Assembly: GCA_965216875.1 (NCBI GenBank)
Contig: OZ244207.1
Coordinates: 5,600,001 to 5,664,000 of the forward strand
Reading direction: 5' to 3'
Source of the DNA: Rubripirellula sp.
GTDB taxonomy: Bacteria; Planctomycetota; Planctomycetia; Pirellulales; Pirellulaceae
DNA length: 64,000 nt
Made by a program: the position numbers and the translations under genes
Part shown: positions 57,578-64,000 of the stretch, in pieces
Layout of the letters: each line of letters opens with the position of its first letter
Numbering within the stretch: the stretch's first letter is position 1
Notes under the pieces: generated by a model
What the model was told of the DNA's origin: nothing
The model's input: only the letters and a program-made list of their open reading frames with translations
Databases searched by the model: none

Positions 57578-59293
57578 CTAGAAGTTGTTCCTGAACGCGG
57601 CGAAATCAAACAGTTCGATCATGCCGTTGCCGTTGGCATCAAAGTCGTCTCGAAAGTTGACATCTCCGGTTTGCGAGCCAAAGCACGAACGGAACTGGGC
57701 GAAGTCAAACAGATCAAGCGCCCCCGACCCATTGGCATCGCCAAAGAGTCGGTAGAGACCCTCTTCAGTCGATTCACCGTACACGGCGTCACCCGACATG
57801 GTTTCGCCCGTGTATGTGTTTGCGACCTGGTTGGCCGAAACCTGTAGGCGGTAACTGCCATCGGCAAGCGAGTTGCCAGAGGTCCGCGTCACCACAGACG
57901 GCCCCGATTCGAAGGTCAACATCACTGAGGTCCGTCCGCGAATCACGGCATCGGTTGCGGCCACGGTCACTTCTTCCTCCGTATCAAGATTGGTCAACGT
58001 GAAAGCCTCGGCGGGTGCGTTGACTTCGCGATCGAACATCACCGTGATCATGCCAACCATCGATCGACCGGGGGTGTCGTCATTGATCACGACCTGATTC
58101 ACGCTTGCCGCACCGGGAAGTTCAAACGGGTTGCTGAAGCGTTCATCGGTCAAGAAGTCGAAATCAGTAAGCGTTCCCAGAAACGCAACCAATGCATCCT
58201 TTTGCGTTTGCGTCATGTTCAAGCGAATGGGCGGCCCGCCTGGTTGACCGTTGGTGGTCAGAGGCGGAGCGAGGTTGGGGTGAGCTTGAATTCCCGTGCT
58301 ATAGAAATCGACCACCTCTTCAAGCGTTGCAAATCGACCGTCGTGCATGAAGGGCGGTCGAATCGCAATGTTGCGTAGACTTGGCACCTTGAACGCGCCT
58401 CGAAAATTGTTGGTGCCGAAGGTATTGAACGCACCAAGGTCATCGAGTGGCGGTCCATCAAGACCGATGTTCTGTGGCGCGTTGACGGCAACCTGAGCTT
58501 CGGTCCCATGACACCCAGCGCATCCGAATCCTCGCGGTGGCGGCGCATTGAATAGGTCCTTTCCTTGGTTTTCCAACTGGCTGAAGTTGGGAAACGGCCG
58601 GCCCGGGTTTTCGACTTGAGCGCGACCTTCGTCGTAAGCGCTGTTGAAGCTGACCATACTGCGCTCGAATTGCGCGATCGCTCGTGCGATACGGTCCGTC
58701 GTTACGGTCGCATCACCAAAGGCAGCGGTGAAGAGATCGCCATAGTACTCCTGTTCTTCGACGCGCTGGACGAGTTGAGTCAGTGTGAGTCCCATTTCGA
58801 CCGCGTCTTGGATCGGCTGTAACGCTTGGTCTTCCAACGTCGCGGCGCGCTCATCCCAAAAGAAGCGACCACGTTGATAGAAGCGATTGTTCGCCAAACC
58901 GGTGGAGTGGCGTCCGGTCAGTCCGCCATCGAATCCGACACTTAGCACGTTGGGGTCAGAGAAACCGTGAAGCTGTTGGTGACAAGATGCGCACGATACA
59001 GTTCGATTCAAACTCAAGTTTTTGTCATAGAACAGAACACGACCGAGCGCGGCACCTTCATCGGTGGTGGGGTTATTGGCGGGCGTGTTGTCGGTATCGA
59101 CGACGGCCCGCGGCGGTCCGGGGGGGTCGACTAAAAAATGGTTGGGGAACACGACCGTTTCGTAATCAAACGGCTCGTCGGGCAGGTTGGGCCACTGGCC
59201 ATTTAACGGCTGAAAACTCAATAAACCCGCAGCCAATGCTGCAAAAGCCAAAGTCGCTGGCGCCCTCAGCGGCGTGCCTGAGTGTGTCATCAT
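57578..59293 (-). CDS. Di-heme cytochrome c peroxidase/MauG-family protein with C-terminal dockerin/EF-hand-like domain
   Basis: LGRVLFYD, CASCH, FFWDER, CAGCH and FKVPSLRN...PFMHDG; tail GDANGSG...DANGNG. Confidence 0.88.
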   Translation of the reverse strand: MMTHSGTPLRAPATLAFAALAAGLLSFQPLNGQWPNLPDEPFDYETVVFPNHFLVDPPGPPRAVVDTDNTPANNPTTDEGAALGRVLFYDKNLSLNRTVSCASCHQQLHGFSDPNVLSVGFDGGLTGRHSTGLANNRFYQRGRFFWDERAATLEDQALQPIQDAVEMGLTLTQLVQRVEEQEYYGDLFTAAFGDATVTTDRIARAIAQFERSMVSFNSAYDEGRAQVENPGRPFPNFSQLENQGKDLFNAPPPRGFGCAGCHGTEAQVAVNAPQNIGLDGPPLDDLGAFNTFGTNNFRGAFKVPSLRNIAIRPPFMHDGRFATLEEVVDFYSTGIQAHPNLAPPLTTNGQPGGPPIRLNMTQTQKDALVAFLGTLTDFDFLTDERFSNPFELPGAASVNQVVINDDTPGRSMVGMITVMFDREVNAPAEAFTLTNLDTEEEVTVAATDAVIRGRTSVMLTFESGPSVVTRTSGNSLADGSYRLQVSANQVANTYTGETMSGDAVYGESTEEGLYRLFGDANGSGALDLFDFAQFRSCFGSQTGDVNFRDDFDANGNGMIELFDFAAFRNNF

Positions 59294-59641
59294 GCCACCC
59301 ATCAAGATGTGGTGTCTGGATCGTTTGGATAAGTTGACGAGGATGCCGTGTGTCGTCAGCGGCATGGGTAGATAAACGGACTGGCCAAAGATACGTCCAC
59401 CACTGAGGGACAAAAAGTTTGCCGGTCAGGAATTAACAACTGTTCACCGCGCCAATGTCTGACGTGTTACCAACGAGGAATCGTGATACGTTGGTGAGTG
59501 AATCAAGCCGAGAAAAGGCGTGGTCCGCGAATCTCGTTGGTGATGCGCGTGTCTTTTCTGGGTGCTGGGGTGCAACTCGCAAACGATCCCGGACACCCCA
59601 TCCCATTGATTCACTGCCCCGCATGATTCACTGACATCACG

Positions 59642-62600
59642 ATGCCGTCTGAAGACCCGTTCGACAAAACTCGCGACGAGACGGTGCAGGCCCGTCGAAC
59701 GGAACGCGACAAGAGCGCAACCATTCCGGCATCCATACCGAAACAGATTGGCCGCTACCGGATTGACCGCCGACTGGGCAAAGGGGGGTTCGGCACAGTC
59801 TATCTTGCACATGACGAGCAACTTGACCGCAGCGTCGCCGTCAAAGTGGCTCACCGCGATTTAATCGCGGATCCAAGTGATGCAGGCGCCTACCTTGAAG
59901 AGGCTCGTATCGTTGCGAGCCTCGACCACCCTCACATCGTGCCGCTGCACGACGTCGGCAGCACCAACGAGGTGCCTTTCTATTCCGTTAGCAAGTATGT
60001 GTCGGGCTCGGATTTGGCCGTCAAGCTGCGTCGCAGCCAGTATGCCCCGCACGAGGCGGCCGCACTCGTTGCGACCATTGCGGAAGCGTTGCACTTTGCT
60101 CATAAGCATGGGCTCGTGCACCGCGACGTTAAGCCCGCAAACATTTTGATCGACGAAGTGGGCAAACCGTACTTGGTCGACTTCGGACTTGCCCTGCGGG
60201 AGCAAGACGCAAGCGAAGAAGCGTTTTACGTCGGCACACCGACCTACACGAGTCCCGAGCAAGCGCGCGGTGAGGGACATCGAGTCGATGGCCGCAGCGA
60301 CATCTTCAGCTTGGGTGTTGTCTTCTATGAATTGCTCACTGGCCGCCGTCCCTTCAAATCTTCCTCTCAGAAAGAGCTTCTGAAACAGGTCATTAGTCTC
60401 GAGGCGCGCCCGCCGCGTCAATTCAACGAACACGTCCCGCGTGAACTGGAACGGATTTGCCAGAAAGCGATGGCGAAACTCGCCAGCGAACGTTACGTGT
60501 CGGCACACGACATGGCCGCCGACCTTCGACACTTTCTTTCCGAGCACGACACGACGGAAAAGAAGACACCAACGGCAAAGAAGACCAAGACGCTGCCGAT
60601 CGAATCGACCGAAGCGATCACCGCCTCATCGGCTCCGCCAGCAACCATCGAAACACCTCAGGCCACGCCCTCGAGCACGTCGTTCCAATCATCTGATCGA
60701 CGAAAGATCCGTATCGTCCCCAAAGGGATCCGCGCGTTTGACTCGCACGATGCAGATTTCTTTCTGCAGCTACTTCCTGGTGCGCGCGACCGCGACGGTA
60801 TTCCCGATTCGATTCGTTTCTGGAAGGTGTTGATCGAAGAACGTGACGCCGAACAAACATTTCAAGTCGGATTGATTTACGGTCCCTCAGGATGTGGTAA
60901 GTCGTCGCTCGTGCGAGCGGGATTGTTGCCGCGTTTGTCGGCCAACATCATTCCGGTGATGGTGGAAGCAGCACCCAAACAAACGGAAACGCGACTGCTA
61001 AGAGCCATCCAAAAACAGTGCCCTACCCTGCCCCGCGACAGCAACCTTGTCGAAACGATCAAGATGATTCGAACCGGATACGGTCCGGGGTCCGAGCACA
61101 AGGTTTTGTTGATCATCGATCAATTCGAGCAGTGGTTACACTCGGAAGAAACCGACGCGTTGGCCGAGTTGATTCAAGCGCTTCGTCAGTGTGATGGGGA
61201 ACGGGTTCAATGCATCGTGATGGTTCGAGACGACTTTTGGATGGCCATGACGCACATGATGCGTTCGCTGGAAATCCGAATCGTCGAAGGCCGCAACTCG
61301 GCAGCGGTCGACCTCTTCCCCGCTCGTCACGCGATCAAAGTCCTCGACGCGTTTGGGCGCGCATTTGGTTCGCTTCCCGATGAATCCGAAGAACTTAGTG
61401 ACAGCCAAAGAGAGTTCTTGAAGGAAGCGGTCAACGATCTCGCGACCGACGACAAAGTCATCTGCGTTCGACTTAGCCTGTTCGCCGAGATCATGCGAGG
61501 CAAAGCCTGGACCATCGAAAATCTTCTCGCAATGGGCGGCGCAAAAGGCGTTGGACTGGCCTACCTGAACGAAACGTTTAGCGTGTCGACCGCGCCTCCA
61601 GAACACCGATTCCATCAAAAAGCAGCCAGGAACGTCCTGCGTGCCTTGCTGCCTGAATCGGGTACGAACATTCGCGGACACATGCGTTCGTTTGCGGAAC
61701 TCAAGGCTGCGTCGGGGTACGACAACCGCCCCAAAGACTTCGATGAACTGATCACCATCCTGGACACCGAAGTTCGCCTGATCACACCAACCGATCCAGA
61801 GAGCGCCGATTCCGATGATCCGTCGTCTGTCCGTGAAACACATCATCAACGCTATTACCAGCTCACGCATGATTACCTGGTCCATTCCCTGCGTGATTGG
61901 CTGACTCAGAAGCAACGTGAGACCCGTCGCGGGCGTGCCGAATTGTTGCTTGACGAAGCGACCTCAATCTGGAACGCCAAACACGAGGGCCGACTCCTGC
62001 CTTCACTGTCCGAAACAATGCGCATTCGGACGTTGACCAACAAACAAGACTGGACCCAATCACAGCACGAGATGATGCAGCAGGCGACCCGACGCTATAT
62101 GCGCCAGGGTTGCGGCGTCCTGCTAATCATCACCACGGCACTGTTGGTCATGTGGCAGATCAACAATCGCTCGCGAAACCAGCAACTTGCCAACGCCGCG
62201 TCAATGCAGGTCGATTCCATCGCCAGCGCTGACACTAACAGTGTGCTGGACTTGATTGCGGAACTCGAATCAATGCGTCAATACGCGGAAAAGCCGCTCG
62301 ATCTGGCACTACAAAAGGTCGAAGACGGAAGCCGCGAGAAATTGCAACTGATGTTGGCAATGCCACCTTCATCCGAACGCAATCGATACTTGGTGTCGCA
62401 ATTGCCAACGGCGACGCGTTCGCATTTTGACCTGATCATGCACGCGTTTCCCAAAGAAGATGTCGACTTTGAGCCGATGTGGGAAGTTGCGACCAATTTG
62501 GAAAAGCCGACCGCGGAACGCTTCCAAGCCTGTGTTGCCGTCGCGATTCGAACACCAAACGATGCTCGCCACGCCGACGTTGCTCCGTTTGTTGCGAGAG

Positions 62601-64000
62601 CTCTCACACATGACATCGCATTGACCGAGATGTTCGCTTGGTTGCCACTGTTGCGACCGGCGGCCGACCAAATTGGCAATCCACTGATCGAGATCCTTGC
62701 TGACACGGCCGATTCCCCTAGTCGCGGCGAACGCGCCGCGTTGTCGATAGCGAGCTTGTTTGCCGATGACGCCGACAGACTTGTCGAAGCGATTCTGATT
62801 TCGCCTCACCCCAATTGCTTCTTCCCCCTGGTGGATTCGCTTGCGACACATGGCGACGCCACAACGCATCTGCAGACAGCCCTCGAAACGAGCATTTCCG
62901 ATCCGAATCAGTTCTCGCAATGCGCACTTGCGGTTGCCGCATCTGTTGCCATCGATCCCGAATCGGAAGCTTGGAAGCACTTACAACACAGCAAGGATCC
63001 GTCGTTGCGTAGCTTGATCGTTTCCAACCTGCGACGCTTGCAACTTTCGCAACCGGTACTGCGGCGTCTTGCGGTGGAAACCGACGATTCAATCAAGCGG
63101 GCGTTAATTCAAACACTGGGTGCAACGGACCGACAATCGCTCTCGCCAAGTCAAACATCCAAAATCCGGGACGAGCTGTTGAAGCAATTCGCCGATGCCG
63201 ATCCCGGCATTCACAACGCTGCCTATCACGCGATCACCCAGTGGAAAATCGAAGTCGAACCAGACGCAGAGCTCGTTCCACTGGCCGCATCGCGCCAAAG
63301 GCAAGTCGACCAATACGATGCCGAACTTCAAGATTTGAAAGCCAAGCTCGAAGAGGCATCCAACGACGCCGAAGCGTCGCAATCGCAGTGGGAAACCGAA
63401 TTGTTGACCGCCGCAAGCAACAGAAGCGCCAAACCCATCGTCCGGTTCACCTTCGATTCCGAGCAGGCGCCTTTTTCAGACACGATCACCGAGGCCCCCG
63501 GGCGTCCTGTGTTTTCGAAAGACATTCCGTTGGTCGAGGGAGTCCTCGGTAAAGCGCCATCTTTGGATGGCGAAGGCGGAATCGAAACGGACATTGATTT
63601 TTCGCCCGAAATTGACCAGCCCTTTTCGTATGGATGCTGGTACCGCGCAGACCGAACGGGATTATGGCGAGCGCTGATGGCCAAAATGAACTCGAGCCAA
63701 AGTCGCGGCTTTGACCTTTGGCTTGATAACGATCACCCCTCGGCCCATATCGCTCATCGAGGTGACTATCTCATCAAGGTGGTGGCTGAAAACTCACTAC
63801 CGCCGCATCGCTGGCATCATCTTTTCGCAACCTACGATGGCAGCGGAAGACGAGATGGATTGAATCTTTACGTCAACGGCAAGCTTATCCCGACGCGTGC
63901 GCCGGAACGTCTAGGTGGCAAATCGATCAAGAACGATGTCAAGTTCCACATCGGGCGCCGCTTCAATGGCGCAGTCGACGCCGAACGCGCTGGGTATGAC
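59642..64000 (+). CDS. Ser/Thr protein kinase - STAND-like NTPase - TM - helical repeats - LamG protein; runs off the window end and is absent from the ORF track
   Basis: LGKGGFGTVY, VAVK, HRDVKPAN, DFG; Walker A GPSGCGKS at 60881 and IIDQFEQW; LamG WHHLFATYDGS; these motifs lie in one frame. Confidence 0.9.
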   Translation, partial: MPSEDPFDKTRDETVQARRTERDKSATIPASIPKQIGRYRIDRRLGKGGFGTVYLAHDEQLDRSVAVKVAHRDLIADPSDAGAYLEEARIVASLDHPHIVPLHDVGSTNEVPFYSVSKYVSGSDLAVKLRRSQYAPHEAAALVATIAEALHFAHKHGLVHRDVKPANILIDEVGKPYLVDFGLALREQDASEEAFYVGTPTYTSPEQARGEGHRVDGRSDIFSLGVVFYELLTGRRPFKSSSQKELLKQVISLEARPPRQFNEHVPRELERICQKAMAKLASERYVSAHDMAADLRHFLSEHDTTEKKTPTAKKTKTLPIESTEAITASSAPPATIETPQATPSSTSFQSSDRRKIRIVPKGIRAFDSHDADFFLQLLPGARDRDGIPDSIRFWKVLIEERDAEQTFQVGLIYGPSGCGKSSLVRAGLLPRLSANIIPVMVEAAPKQTETRLLRAIQKQCPTLPRDSNLVETIKMIRTGYGPGSEHKVLLIIDQFEQWLHSEETDALAELIQALRQCDGERVQCIVMVRDDFWMAMTHMMRSLEIRIVEGRNSAAVDLFPARHAIKVLDAFGRAFGSLPDESEELSDSQREFLKEAVNDLATDDKVICVRLSLFAEIMRGKAWTIENLLAMGGAKGVGLAYLNETFSVSTAPPEHRFHQKAARNVLRALLPESGTNIRGHMRSFAELKAASGYDNRPKDFDELITILDTEVRLITPTDPESADSDDPSSVRETHHQRYYQLTHDYLVHSLRDWLTQKQRETRRGRAELLLDEATSIWNAKHEGRLLPSLSETMRIRTLTNKQDWTQSQHEMMQQATRRYMRQGCGVLLIITTALLVMWQINNRSRNQQLANAASMQVDSIASADTNSVLDLIAELESMRQYAEKPLDLALQKVEDGSREKLQLMLAMPPSSERNRYLVSQLPTATRSHFDLIMHAFPKEDVDFEPMWEVATNLEKPTAERFQACVAVAIRTPNDARHADVAPFVARALTHDIALTEMFAWLPLLRPAADQIGNPLIEILADTADSPSRGERAALSIASLFADDADRLVEAILISPHPNCFFPLVDSLATHGDATTHLQTALETSISDPNQFSQCALAVAASVAIDPESEAWKHLQHSKDPSLRSLIVSNLRRLQLSQPVLRRLAVETDDSIKRALIQTLGATDRQSLSPSQTSKIRDELLKQFADADPGIHNAAYHAITQWKIEVEPDAELVPLAASRQRQVDQYDAELQDLKAKLEEASNDAEASQSQWETELLTAASNRSAKPIVRFTFDSEQAPFSDTITEAPGRPVFSKDIPLVEGVLGKAPSLDGEGGIETDIDFSPEIDQPFSYGCWYRADRTGLWRALMAKMNSSQSRGFDLWLDNDHPSAHIAHRGDYLIKVVAENSLPPHRWHHLFATYDGSGRRDGLNLYVNGKLIPTRAPERLGGKSIKNDVKFHIGRRFNGAVDAERAGYD

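Noticed and set aside
59444..63684. Minus-strand and short ORFs listed over the kinase gene, and similar shadow ORFs across the window
   Set aside because: These are antisense or off-frame shadows of long genes with clear motifs in GC-rich DNA.

Overview
Bacterial genomic DNA whose gene content (sulfatases, BBP2 porin, TIGR03067-type protein, Ser/Thr kinase-STAND protein) points to a planctomycete of the Pirellulaceae type (inference). The right third (about 44.4-64 kb) is ordinary host chromosome. At about 43,190 the host comM/YifB gene (minus strand) is broken exactly at the conserved SGPL|LDR motif, tail-to-tail with a large serine recombinase. I found no 3' comM fragment in the window, so everything to the left is probably one integrated island longer than 43 kb whose other end lies outside the window. 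The island has three parts. (i) A phage-satellite-like core at 33.2-43.2 kb: regulator, two small HTH proteins, a phage-type replication initiator with internal iterons, a DnaC-like loader, an Ogr/Delta-like zinc finger, a putative tail chaperone plus tape-measure-like protein but no visible capsid, portal or terminase, a roughly 450-bp array of about 13 different palindromes, and the integrase. (ii) A type II secretion cluster (gspGFE divergent from gspHIJK-C-L-M-pilotin-D) that is split by a cassette encoding a GT-C glycosyltransferase, a membrane-anchored protein, a signal-peptide-bearing 2.2k-aa Rhs toxin and a candidate immunity protein. (iii) About 10 kb of small accessory cargo: an ankyrin protein, a secreted EEP nuclease, an HTTM pair with a small secreted peptide, a DUF4145 protein and pseudogenes. 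The best candidates for undescribed biology are the palindrome array, the mobile T2SS-Rhs-glycosyltransferase system and the capsid-less tail-chaperone/tape-measure satellite. All family assignments come from motif recognition by eye; no database searches were run.
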